Assembly: GCA_964619675.1 (NCBI GenBank)
Contig: CAZUEO010000009.1
Span: 139-64,138, forward strand
Length of the DNA: 64,000 nucleotides
Direction: 5' to 3'
From: an uncultured Planctomycetaceae bacterium
GTDB taxonomy: Bacteria > Planctomycetota > Phycisphaerae > Sedimentisphaerales > UBA12454
The notes beneath the pieces were generated by a model. That model saw nothing but the letters and a program-made list of their open reading frames with translations, was not told the DNA's origin and searched no databases. Positions 53,373 through 62,678 of the stretch are shown piece by piece. A program made the position numbers and the translations under genes. Each line of letters opens with the position of its first letter. Positions within the stretch are counted from its first letter, which is position 1.

Positions 53373-54260
53373 TTAGTATCTGTCGATAGGCAGTGAAAGG
53401 GTTTGCGGGCGGGTCAGGTCGATGAAACTGCCCTTTTGCGCCTTCCTTAACTGGACTGTTCCCAGCTCCTGATAAGTGTTGTAGAGTAATGTCAGCTTTT
53501 CCTCGTCTTTAGCTTCGAGATGTCTGGCCCAGGTGCCTTTTTCTGCTCCCCATTTTATCTCCGTACTGTCTTTGGCGTAAAACACTATATGAGGCTGTGA
53601 ATTGCTTCTCCTTCCGTTGAAATTGCTCATATCTATCGATTTTATCTCGGCAAGGAGAGGTTTATCAGGCGCAACCTGACTATCCATTTTTTCCAAAAGC
53701 GTCAGCAGTTCAACGGCAGCAGCGACATCGTCCCTTTGCCATTTGGCGCCGACGTTACGCCAGCTCAAAAGATAGCCCGGCACACCCGTAATTTCGACAA
53801 TCGGCAGTTTGCTTAGCGGAACGTAATCGAGGACGACAAGTTCACTATCCAGATAAAATTGCTGGCGATGGTCCTTTACAAGCCCGACAGGTTTTCTGTA
53901 TCTTGCACTTACAATTATCGCCTGGTTGCCTACCCTGACCCTGACATTGTCGAGCCAGGCAAGGGTAGCAATATTTTCCCCTATCTTCATAGCAGCATCA
54001 TCGGTCAGCCTGACCGGTGATTTACCTGCCGTTGATTCTATCTTTTCTTTAAGCTCGCTGTCCGCCCAGTCGGGAAAGTCAACAAGCTGGATAGGTACTG
54101 TTTTTTCGCTGAGGTTAAGATTGCTCTTTACATACCTGTTTAGAAATACAAAACCTACGCCGGCGGCCACAAATACCGCTATGAAGACAAACACTACAGC
54201 CGTTGTGCGTATGGCTGCAAAACGCTGCTTTTTCCCCGTTTTTGTAAGTTTCTTAAACAT
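53373..54260 (-). CDS. ftsQ: cell division protein FtsQ/DivIB-like (POTRA domain)
   Basis: Single N-terminal TM helix (AVVFVFIAVFVAAGVGFVFL) and a periplasmic POTRA/FtsQ-like region. Sits directly after ddl with a 1-nt overlap. Confidence 0.65.
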   Translation of the reverse strand: MFKKLTKTGKKQRFAAIRTTAVVFVFIAVFVAAGVGFVFLNRYVKSNLNLSEKTVPIQLVDFPDWADSELKEKIESTAGKSPVRLTDDAAMKIGENIATLAWLDNVRVRVGNQAIIVSARYRKPVGLVKDHRQQFYLDSELVVLDYVPLSKLPIVEITGVPGYLLSWRNVGAKWQRDDVAAAVELLTLLEKMDSQVAPDKPLLAEIKSIDMSNFNGRRSNSQPHIVFYAKDSTEIKWGAEKGTWARHLEAKDEEKLTLLYNTYQELGTVQLRKAQKGSFIDLTRPQTLSLPIDRY

Positions 54261-55204
54261 CAGTTAGCCGCCTTCTTAATCGCTGATTTAATTATTCTCA
54301 AACACAACTGACTCATATCAATGCCCGCTCTGGCAGCAGCTTTGGGCAGGAGCGAATGCATCGTAAAACCAGGGATGGTATTTATCTCAATTACATAAGG
54401 TATATTATCCCGCCCAAGTATCATATCAACCCTGCCGAAATCTCTGCAGCCAAGCGCATTAAAACTCTTCAGGGCAACATCATTTATTCTCTGTAAAGTT
54501 TGTTTATCGGTAATAGTATCAAATAAAAATTGTGTGGTATCATCGTTATATTTCGCATCATAATCATAAAACTGACGAGCTGTTTTAATCTCGATAACAG
54601 GCATCGCCGTATTTTCCAGGATTCCAACGGTAATTTCCCTTCCTGTTATAAATTTTTCGAGCATACAATCGCCAAACTGCTCGACGCATTTTTCAGCGGC
54701 GTTTTTTGCGTCGCCGGCGCCCTCGACAATCTGAATGCCGACACTGCTGCCCTGCCTGACGGGCTTTATTACGAACTTCGGCCCTATTTTTTCAAGCTTT
54801 GGGTCGATAGTATTCAGTTGTGCGGAATTTCCGATTTCGATATCATCTGCTACGGGCAATTTTGCCTGCCGCAGAGCCTTTTTGCAGGCGATTTTATCAA
54901 ATGCCAGCCTGCTTGACTTCGAATCACAGCCTGTAAAAACAAGTTTTCTTTTTTCACATATTTCCTGCATATCCCCGCCTTCGCCAAACTGGCCGTGAAA
55001 AGCGAGAAAAAAAACGTTTATGCTTCTGTCATCGAGAATTTCAGGGCTTTGCGGCTGATAATCCTGCCGGATAACCTCTAATAATTTCGTTTTTTCGAGG
55101 GCATCTGCAATACATTTTCCGCTCTGAAGACTAATCTGCCGCTCCTGGCCGACAGCACCCATTAAAACAGCAACTTTTAATCCGGACGGTATTGTTTGGG
55201 TCAT
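54260..55204 (-). CDS. ddl: D-alanine--D-alanine ligase
   Basis: FLAFHGQFGEGG, VIKPVRQGSSVGI, EINTIPGFT. Confidence 0.92.
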   Translation of the reverse strand: MTQTIPSGLKVAVLMGAVGQERQISLQSGKCIADALEKTKLLEVIRQDYQPQSPEILDDRSINVFFLAFHGQFGEGGDMQEICEKRKLVFTGCDSKSSRLAFDKIACKKALRQAKLPVADDIEIGNSAQLNTIDPKLEKIGPKFVIKPVRQGSSVGIQIVEGAGDAKNAAEKCVEQFGDCMLEKFITGREITVGILENTAMPVIEIKTARQFYDYDAKYNDDTTQFLFDTITDKQTLQRINDVALKSFNALGCRDFGRVDMILGRDNIPYVIEINTIPGFTMHSLLPKAAARAGIDMSQLCLRIIKSAIKKAAN

Positions 55205-55265
55205 TTGAATTTAGATAATTCGGATTTGTTTCGAATTTCGGATTTCGTGCTTCGGATTTTCTTAT
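55205..55265. repeat. TTCGGATTT low-complexity repeats filling the murB-ddl spacer
   Basis: cggattt at 55221, 55239 and 55253, plus cgaattt at 55232. A similar ttcgattttcg motif occurs at about 44041-44075. Confidence 0.75.
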
Positions 55266-56144
55266 TCACCAGATTTCAATTTCAAGCTCAAGCTCAACGT
55301 CAAATTTTTCTTTAACTTTTTCCCTGATTTTTTCGATAAGCGCGACTACATCGCCGCTTTTGCAGCCATCACCAGCGATGATGAAGTTTGCGTGTTTTTC
55401 GCTGACAACGGCGCCGCCGATTTTAGCGCCCTTCAGACCGGCCCTATCTATCATCGCTCCTGCGCTCATACCGCGAGAATTCTTGAAGATACAGCCTGCG
55501 TTTTTAGTATTCAAAGGCTGTGTGTTTTTCTTGTAAATCCACACTTCCTTCAAGGTTTTCAGGAGCTGCTGCGAATCCGATTCGTAGAGCCTGATTTTCG
55601 CGCCGAGAATAAATTTTGCGGTAATATTGGTGCTTCTGTAATCGAAGGAAAGTTCCGGTTTTTCCCTTTCAAAGATTTTCCCATCGCCGTCCATAAGCGT
55701 AACAGATTCGACAGCGGAGCCGAAGTCGCCAAAGTTTCCGCCTGCGTTCATTTTTACCGCCCCGCCAATCGAGCCGGGTATTCCGGCAAGCATTTCAATG
55801 CCGCCAAGCCCTTTTCTTACACAATCAAGCACAAGTTTATTTAAGTCCGCTCCCGCGCCGGCAGTCAGTAAGTTGCCGTTGAATTCAACGGCGGCAAAAT
55901 CGCTGCCGCTCAGCCTGACTACGGCACCTTTGACACCCTCGTCCCGCACAAGCAGATTAGAACCAAAGCCAAGCACATGAACCGGCAGATTGTTTTCATA
56001 GCAGCGTCTGATAACATCAGCCAACTGGTCCACATTTTGCGGCTGAATGAGATAATCGGCATTTCCGCCCAGGCCAAACCAAGTGTTTTTGCCCAGCGGG
56101 TAATCCTTCTCAACTATTTTTTCCAAGCCATTGAATATATTCAT
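55266..56144 (-). CDS. murB: UDP-N-acetylmuramate dehydrogenase
   Basis: WFGLGGNADYL, LGFGSNLLVRDEG, GCIFKN, VSEKHANFI. Confidence 0.92.
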   Translation of the reverse strand: MNIFNGLEKIVEKDYPLGKNTWFGLGGNADYLIQPQNVDQLADVIRRCYENNLPVHVLGFGSNLLVRDEGVKGAVVRLSGSDFAAVEFNGNLLTAGAGADLNKLVLDCVRKGLGGIEMLAGIPGSIGGAVKMNAGGNFGDFGSAVESVTLMDGDGKIFEREKPELSFDYRSTNITAKFILGAKIRLYESDSQQLLKTLKEVWIYKKNTQPLNTKNAGCIFKNSRGMSAGAMIDRAGLKGAKIGGAVVSEKHANFIIAGDGCKSGDVVALIEKIREKVKEKFDVELELEIEIW

Positions 56145-57582
56145 CTGTCACCTTCCAGACGTTTCCGGCGCCCATACTAATCAGGATATCGCCGGATTTT
56201 ACATTACTTTTAAGGAAATCGCAAATTTTTTCAAATGAGTCGATAAATACAGCCTGGCTGCCCTTTTGCTTTATCGCATCTGCGAGCATTTGCGAGTTGA
56301 CTTCGCCCTTACTTTTCTCGGTGTCCCTGACAAAGTAGATTTCCGGCACAATAGTCATATCGGCAAGTTTGAAGCTCTCGGCAAAATCCTTCAGCAGAAA
56401 TCTGGTTCTGCTGTACTGGTGCGGCTGAAAAACGCAGAATATTTTCTTATCGCCGTATCTCTGCCTGACGGCTTTAAGGCTGGCCTTTATCTCCGTCGGG
56501 TGATGAGCGTAATCATCGAGAACAATAACACCGTTGATTTGGGTTTTTTTCATAACCCGCCTGTCCATACCTTCGAAACCGCCGAGACTGTCAATAACTT
56601 CTTTTGCATCAAGTCCGAGCGCCTGCGTACAGGCCAGCACAGCAAGTGCATTTCTTACATTATGCTCGCCTGCCAGCCTGATTCTCGCTCTGCCGAGCAT
56701 ATCGCTGCGATAGAAACAACCAAACTGTGTAAAATCAGGCGTATATTCAATATTTCGAGCTGAAATAGCCGCCCCTTCTATGATTCCGAAAGTCAGCAGT
56801 TCTCTCTTGTCGCCTAAACCTGCAATGATTTTTGCGACATTCGCATCCTGCACACCTGCAACAAGGATTCCATCCTGAGAAATATTCGACGCAAAATCGG
56901 CAAAGGCCTGCACAATTTCATCAATGCCGCAGTAGTAATCGAGGTGGTCCTGCTCGATATTCAGGATGGCACCGATTTTCGGATGCAGATTGAGGAAACT
57001 CCTGTCGTATTCGCACGCTTCAGCGACAAAAATATCGCTGCCGCCGATGCCGGAGGACGTGCCGAATTGCAGAATGTCGGCGCCAATTACGAAGTTAGGC
57101 TCGATGCCGAGCTTTTTTAAAACAAAAATGAGCCAGCCGCAGGTAGTGCTTTTTCCATGAGTGCCTGCAATTGCAATTCCTTTGTATCTGTCTAAAACCA
57201 GGCCAAGCATCTGAGCATATTTGTAAACCATTATTTTTCTCTGCCGAGCGGCTTGCAGCTCAGGATTATCATCTGCTACAGCAGCCGAGACAATTACGCC
57301 ATCCAGCTTTTCAGGCAGGTTATCGGTACTGTGCCCAACAATAACTTTTGCTCCGCTATTTGAAAGCCGGTCGGTAAGCGATGAGCTTTGCATATCCGAG
57401 CCGGTGATAATTGCCTTTTCCTTCATCAGCACTGCAGCCAGAGCGCTTGTACCGACACCACCGATGCCAATAAAATGATACCGCTTATTTTCAGCCGGTG
57501 ATTTTACCGCCATATTTCTTCTACCTATCGGCACAAAATACTGATGAGCGCTTTTCACAGGCTTGTAGTCAGTTATCTTCAC
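56110..57582 (-). CDS. murC: UDP-N-acetylmuramate--L-alanine ligase
   Basis: HFIGIGGVGTSALA, GTHGKSTT, DDYAHHPTEI. GTG 57582 has GGAG 6 nt upstream; ATG 57513 is an alternative start. 35-nt overlap with murB. Confidence 0.92.
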   Translation of the reverse strand: MKITDYKPVKSAHQYFVPIGRRNMAVKSPAENKRYHFIGIGGVGTSALAAVLMKEKAIITGSDMQSSSLTDRLSNSGAKVIVGHSTDNLPEKLDGVIVSAAVADDNPELQAARQRKIMVYKYAQMLGLVLDRYKGIAIAGTHGKSTTCGWLIFVLKKLGIEPNFVIGADILQFGTSSGIGGSDIFVAEACEYDRSFLNLHPKIGAILNIEQDHLDYYCGIDEIVQAFADFASNISQDGILVAGVQDANVAKIIAGLGDKRELLTFGIIEGAAISARNIEYTPDFTQFGCFYRSDMLGRARIRLAGEHNVRNALAVLACTQALGLDAKEVIDSLGGFEGMDRRVMKKTQINGVIVLDDYAHHPTEIKASLKAVRQRYGDKKIFCVFQPHQYSRTRFLLKDFAESFKLADMTIVPEIYFVRDTEKSKGEVNSQMLADAIKQKGSQAVFIDSFEKICDFLKSNVKSGDILISMGAGNVWKVTDEYIQWLGKNS

Positions 57583-57646
57583 AGCAGTCTCCGTTTTCCA
57601 TCAGCTTTTTAGACTTCATTTATAGCCTTAAAATCCGTATTTGCAA

Positions 57647-57678
57647 TAAAAAAAAGCCCCCGTACGCGGTACGGGGGC
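57647..57678 (-). terminator. rho-independent terminator after the DUF11 gene
   Basis: GCCCCCGTAC (57656-57665), loop gcg, GTACGGGGGC (57669-57678). On the minus strand it is followed by a T-run of 9 (A-run at 57647-57655). Confidence 0.8.
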
Positions 57679-57703
57679 TTTTGTATGTGAGCTTTGGAGC
57701 CGC

Positions 57704-59296
57704 TTATTCGTATAATCGTGTGGCCTCAGTCTCTTCAACGTCCCTGTCGAGCTGGTCATTTCTCATTGTCGCCTTGAAACGGATATCCCCGGCAGCTTTG
57801 GCTTTAACAGTAACTTCCCATACCGCTCTCGACCTTGCCGCAAGCGAAGGCAGCGGAGCAAAGGTAATTGTATCGCCGGCTAACGTGCCCTGCGTTGCAC
57901 CGGCACTGCTTACATATTCCATTTGCGGCTCAAGCATTGCCTTGACAGCAATATTGGTGCCCACGGCAGAGCCCTGGTTTGTAACCATAATTCTGTAGGT
58001 TGTTTTATTACCAATCCTTACAGGGTCTGTCAGGTCGACAACCTCAAGCAGCACGGCAGGCACACCTCTGACTTCAGTTTGTGTGGTAGCAGTAACCGCA
58101 TCGGCACAGACTGCTGAAGCCTTTACGGTATCAACTACTGTTCCGATATTTTTCGGCATATACGTAACCGAGGTCTTGGCGGTAGCTCCGGGATTGAGAC
58201 TGGCGACCTTCCACATAACCTTATTCTGTACGAGCACGCCGCCCTGGCTTGCCCTGACAAAAGTAGCTGCCGCAGGAATTTCATCTTCTATAATGGTACT
58301 AACAGCGGGCCAGTCGCCCGTGTTGGTCACAGAGATTTCGTAAGTAACCTCTCTGTCGATATATTGGGTTTCAGGGCCTGTTTTTGTTATACTCAATTTT
58401 GGCTGCCTGACGGCGGTTGTTACAATAGATGATTGAACATTTATACCCCCATCGGCAACAGCAACGGCATTATTAGTATATGTGCCGCTCCTTTGAGCCC
58501 TGGCGACAACCGAGATATTTCGAGCGGTGCCGGCAGCGAGAGTGCCGATAGGCGCTTCAATCCTGCTGGCGCCCTGAGCGGTTACAAGACCGCTGGGAAG
58601 CTGGTCAACAACCCTGACGTTATTAGCAGGGCCTGTGCCGGTGTTTTCAACTCTTATGGTGTAACTAATCGTATCGCATATCGATATCTCTGCAGGAGCG
58701 GTTTTCGTAACAACGATAATCGGCTGAACACTTACAGCCTGCAGGCAAACCGGCATCTTATAGGTAACATCCGCACAGTTCTGGACGACCCCGCTGGCGG
58801 TGGCAATTGCAATACCGGTGATTTCCTTCGTTTCTCTTGGTGCTACGCTGGGAAATACCCAGATAAGCTTATTGCCCTGAACAGTTGCCGGCGGATTTGA
58901 ACTCCTATGCTGGAAATTGCTGACGAGCGTATCCGTTACGACAACATCAGCCAGTGCAGAATCGGTCTGGTTCGTAACCCTTATTTGATATTCGAATTCC
59001 GCGCCTGTCTGTACCTGCGAGGGCATACACTTTTCAAGCTTTACAACACCGCAGTCTCCGCAGGGATAAATTCTTGTCGCACAATTGGGAACAGGCGCCG
59101 GCTTGGGACAAGGCGGTTCACACTCTTCCGGCAGCGGCATAGGCGCCGAACGACAGTTCTGGTCCCACATAAACTTTGCTGCCGGATCCGCAGGTTTCTG
59201 ACCCTGCATACCCATCCACGTCTCACAGCTATAGCAGCCCCCAGCTACGACTAAACAGGCAAGTAATAATGTCAATAAAACCTTCTTCATAACCAT
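57704..59296 (-). CDS. DUF11-repeat, Cys-rich envelope protein (OmcB-like)
   Basis: Signal peptide with a possible lipobox (LVVAGGC), a Cys/Pro-rich N-terminal region (ECEPPCPKPAPVPNCATRIYPCGDCG), then four or more DUF11-type repeats (VTKTAP..., ITKTGP..., YRIMVTNQG...). Confidence 0.75.
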   Translation of the reverse strand: MVMKKVLLTLLLACLVVAGGCYSCETWMGMQGQKPADPAAKFMWDQNCRSAPMPLPEECEPPCPKPAPVPNCATRIYPCGDCGVVKLEKCMPSQVQTGAEFEYQIRVTNQTDSALADVVVTDTLVSNFQHRSSNPPATVQGNKLIWVFPSVAPRETKEITGIAIATASGVVQNCADVTYKMPVCLQAVSVQPIIVVTKTAPAEISICDTISYTIRVENTGTGPANNVRVVDQLPSGLVTAQGASRIEAPIGTLAAGTARNISVVARAQRSGTYTNNAVAVADGGINVQSSIVTTAVRQPKLSITKTGPETQYIDREVTYEISVTNTGDWPAVSTIIEDEIPAAATFVRASQGGVLVQNKVMWKVASLNPGATAKTSVTYMPKNIGTVVDTVKASAVCADAVTATTQTEVRGVPAVLLEVVDLTDPVRIGNKTTYRIMVTNQGSAVGTNIAVKAMLEPQMEYVSSAGATQGTLAGDTITFAPLPSLAARSRAVWEVTVKAKAAGDIRFKATMRNDQLDRDVEETEATRLYE

Positions 59297-59464
59297 CCTC
59301 CTTCAAAGGATATTCTCAAAAGGATATTCTCGTAAAGTAGTATTATAACACCTATAAGCAGAGTAATAAAGTACTTTTTCAAGAAAAATTACCTATTTTG
59401 ACAAAAAGTCTTGTTCTACCGCAATATTGGGTCTAAAAAATCTTCAATTTACTGCTTTATAATT

Positions 59465-59493
59465 TTGACGATTTTGGGCAGAAGGGCTATAAT
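59465..59493 (+). promoter_or_regulatory. near-consensus promoter for rmuC
   Basis: TTGACG (59465-59470), 17-nt spacer, TATAAT (59488-59493). Confidence 0.55.
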
Positions 59494-59528
59494 TTCAAAA
59501 AAATTGAACTTGTCGGGAAACTGGTAGA

Positions 59529-60494
59529 ATGGAACAGATACTTATCATTGTTTTAATAATGGCCGTTTTGACGGTAATAGGGGTTTTACTGTGGTTTGCT
59601 ATCCGCTCGCAGCTGGCGGAGATTAAGAAGGCACAGGAGAATCTGTCTGCCAGCCTTCAGCAATCTCTTATTTCAGGTCAGGATACAGTAAACAAAAATC
59701 TCCAGTTCCAGGTCCAGACCTTAGAGAGGCTCAATAATCAGCTCGGCCAGCTCCAGAGCACCGGCCAGAGGATAATGGAGCTAAGTTCGGATTTGAAAAA
59801 CCTCCAGCAAATACTTGCAAGCCCCAAGCTCCGCGGCGGATTCGGGGAATGGTCGCTTGAAAAAATCCTGGCTGCCCTGCTGCCAGCCGATAGTTTCACC
59901 ATTCAGCATTCGTTCCGCGACGGCAAAAAAGTTGATGCCCTGATAAAAATGCCGCAGTATTCAGTCCCGATTGATGCGAAATTTCCGTTGAGCAATTTTG
60001 AAAAACTCCAGCAGGCCCAAAGTGATACTGAAAAACAACGATTCCACAAGGATTTTCTGAAAGATGTGCAGAAACACATCGACAAAATCGCAGAAAGCTA
60101 TATCAAGCCTGACGAAGGAACGCTGGACTTTGCGATTATGTATATCCCCGCCGAAAATATCTATTATGAAGCAATGGTGAAAACCGCCGAAGATACAATA
60201 AGCGTTCAGGATTACGCGATGGAAAGGAAGGTTTTTCCGGTTTCGCCGAACCTGCTTTATGTCTATCTTATGACGATAGTGATGGGTCTTCACGGCCTGC
60301 AAATAGAAAAACAGGCCGCCGAGATACGGCAAAATCTCAAAACTCTCAATACCTCATTTGCGGATTTTATCACGCTGTGGGACACGCTCGGCACACACCT
60401 GCGAAATGCACAGGGCAAGCACGACGAGGGCCAGAAAAAACTCGACAAATTTGTAATGCAATTAGGACAAATACAAAACGAAAATAAGGTATGA
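59529..60494 (+). CDS. rmuC: DNA recombination protein RmuC
   Basis: N-terminal TM helix, a coiled-coil, then the RmuC nuclease-like core VDALIKMPQYSVPIDAKFPL...MYIPAE. Confidence 0.85.
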   Translation: MEQILIIVLIMAVLTVIGVLLWFAIRSQLAEIKKAQENLSASLQQSLISGQDTVNKNLQFQVQTLERLNNQLGQLQSTGQRIMELSSDLKNLQQILASPKLRGGFGEWSLEKILAALLPADSFTIQHSFRDGKKVDALIKMPQYSVPIDAKFPLSNFEKLQQAQSDTEKQRFHKDFLKDVQKHIDKIAESYIKPDEGTLDFAIMYIPAENIYYEAMVKTAEDTISVQDYAMERKVFPVSPNLLYVYLMTIVMGLHGLQIEKQAAEIRQNLKTLNTSFADFITLWDTLGTHLRNAQGKHDEGQKKLDKFVMQLGQIQNENKV

Positions 60495-61252
60495 TATACG
60501 AAGATTTAAAAGGTAAAAGGGTTCTTGTAACAGGTTCATCGAGCGGAATCGGGGCTGCGACGGCAGAAATGTTTGCCGAGCAGGGCTGCTTCGTTGGTGT
60601 TCATTACTTCAGGACAAAAGAAGGTGGCGAAAAGACCTTTGCCGAAGTGAAAAAACTTTCCAATGGCTGTCTGCTTAAAGCTGATATGCGGGACAAAAAA
60701 CAGGTAACCAAACTTATAGATGATTTTGTCAAAAACGCAGGCGGTATCGATGTCCTTGTCAATAACGCAGGCTCACTTATAGCAAGGCAATTTTTTGCCG
60801 ATGCAGCCGAAGAATATCTCGAAGATGTCTTTGCAACAAATGTTAAAAACGTATTCTTTGCGGCACAGGCAGTTCTCGAGCATTTAAAAAAGACAAATGG
60901 TTGTATAGTTAATATCGGCTCAATTGCCGGCCATAGCGGCGGAGCAGGTGGCGGTGGTATTTATGCCGCTGCAAAGGCAGCGGTTGCGACAATGACGATA
61001 GCAATGGCAAAGGAGTTTGCTCCCTTCGGCATCAGAGTCAACTCTGTTCTACCGGGTCTGATTGAAACCCGCTTTCACGAACAGTTCAGCACACCTGAAA
61101 GACGCAAAGCCGTTGCCCAGCAAACACCGCTCGGCAGAAACGGCAGAGCTGAAGATGTTGCAAAGGCGATTTTATTTCTCGCAAGCGATGCGGCAGGATT
61201 TATCACGGGTGAATATATCGCTGTCAACGGCGGCCTGTATATGAGAGCATAA
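60491..61252 (+). CDS. SDR-family oxidoreductase (FabG-like)
   Basis: VLVTGSSSGIGAATA, NNAG, YAAAKAAV (YxxxK). Confidence 0.85.
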   Translation: MIYEDLKGKRVLVTGSSSGIGAATAEMFAEQGCFVGVHYFRTKEGGEKTFAEVKKLSNGCLLKADMRDKKQVTKLIDDFVKNAGGIDVLVNNAGSLIARQFFADAAEEYLEDVFATNVKNVFFAAQAVLEHLKKTNGCIVNIGSIAGHSGGAGGGGIYAAAKAAVATMTIAMAKEFAPFGIRVNSVLPGLIETRFHEQFSTPERRKAVAQQTPLGRNGRAEDVAKAILFLASDAAGFITGEYIAVNGGLYMRA

Positions 61253-61258
61253 AATTAT

Positions 61259-62638
61259 ATGTTGAAAAAACTCTCAGTCCTAATTTTATTGCCCTTACTT
61301 TTTGCCGTTTTAAGCCGATTTTCAGGATTGACTAATCAGCAGGCAATAATCGTCGGTGTTTTTTCAGTCTCCATTCTCGGCACGCTGCTTTTCTGGGATT
61401 TAAGATTAGGTTTTTTATTCGTCGGCAGCGGTGTGCTTTTTATGATTCATAGCATAAATATGGAGCAATTTATCCAGTATGCCTCGCTTGATGTGATTTT
61501 TTTCCTCGTGGGTATGATGATAGTTGTTGCCTCTATGAGGGACTGCGGCCTATTCGAATGGCTGGTAAGCGTCATATTAAAAACCAGAAACCTTAGCGGG
61601 ATGGAGATGTTCACAATAATAATGGTTCTTTCAGCCGTCTTTTCCGGCCTTACAGGAGAGGCGGCCTCAATTGTTGTTATGATAGCCATCATTCTTGAGC
61701 TTTGCGATTTACTTGAAGTCAACCCTGTCCCGTTAATCATCTCCTCCGTTCTGGCAACGAATATAGGTTCGGCTGCAACATTGTTCGGCAATCCCATCGG
61801 CATCATTATAGCTTTAAGGGGAAAACTGAGTTTTGAGGATTTCCTTACTCATGCACTGCCAACTTCTGTTTTTCTTCTCGTAATTACTGTTTTTATCCTC
61901 GGTCTGTGGTATCGAAAATATATAAAGGAACTTTCGTCAAAACTCAAATCCAAACGCGATGAAATACTCAGGCGGCATACGATTGGCTGGGATATGGGAA
62001 AGCAGACAAGCCTTATTATTTTCACTGTAATGCTTTTTATTATAGCAATGCACAAAAGGCTGGAAATTTTATTTAGTCTTGAAAACAATACTCTTCTTAT
62101 AATCACACCAATCGTTTTCGCAGGGTTTATAATATTTTTACATCGCGATAGAGCCATAAATTATATAGAAAACGGGGTCGAATGGGCATCTTTGCTGTTT
62201 TTTATGTTCCTTTTCGTGCAGGCAGGCGTGATACAATCCTCCGGCGTCGCAGGATTTTTTGCCCAGCGGCTTATGCACAGCAGCGGCGGCCAGGACCAGT
62301 TATTGTGCGGTATTACAATTTTTTCCAGCGGTCTTTTGTCCGGGGTTCTGGATAATACGGTTGTAGTAGCTTCATTTGTACCTGTCGTTAAAAATCTGCA
62401 TATGACGCATATGACATTGCGGCCGCTTTGGTGGTGTTTGCTGTTTGGCGCCTGCTTAGGCGGCAACCTGACCGCAATTGGCTCGACAGCAAATATTATC
62501 GCAGTAGGTATGCTTGAAAGACAGCGGAAAATAAAAGTGAACTTTATAGAATGGCTGAAAATCGGAACAATTGTCAGTTTAGTTACTCTGATTGCAGCGT
62601 TTATTTGCATAACCCTGCTGCCTTTCTTCAATAAGTAA
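61259..62638 (+). CDS. ArsB/NhaD (SLC13-like) family permease
   Basis: 459 aa with about 12 TM helices. Motifs SAVLDNTVVVA-like (SGVLDNTVVVASF) and GGNLTAIGSTANI. Confidence 0.65.
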   Translation: MLKKLSVLILLPLLFAVLSRFSGLTNQQAIIVGVFSVSILGTLLFWDLRLGFLFVGSGVLFMIHSINMEQFIQYASLDVIFFLVGMMIVVASMRDCGLFEWLVSVILKTRNLSGMEMFTIIMVLSAVFSGLTGEAASIVVMIAIILELCDLLEVNPVPLIISSVLATNIGSAATLFGNPIGIIIALRGKLSFEDFLTHALPTSVFLLVITVFILGLWYRKYIKELSSKLKSKRDEILRRHTIGWDMGKQTSLIIFTVMLFIIAMHKRLEILFSLENNTLLIITPIVFAGFIIFLHRDRAINYIENGVEWASLLFFMFLFVQAGVIQSSGVAGFFAQRLMHSSGGQDQLLCGITIFSSGLLSGVLDNTVVVASFVPVVKNLHMTHMTLRPLWWCLLFGACLGGNLTAIGSTANIIAVGMLERQRKIKVNFIEWLKIGTIVSLVTLIAAFICITLLPFFNK

Positions 62639-62678
62639 TATGGATTAAACGACCTGGTTTTGTTATAATAAGGAAAAT

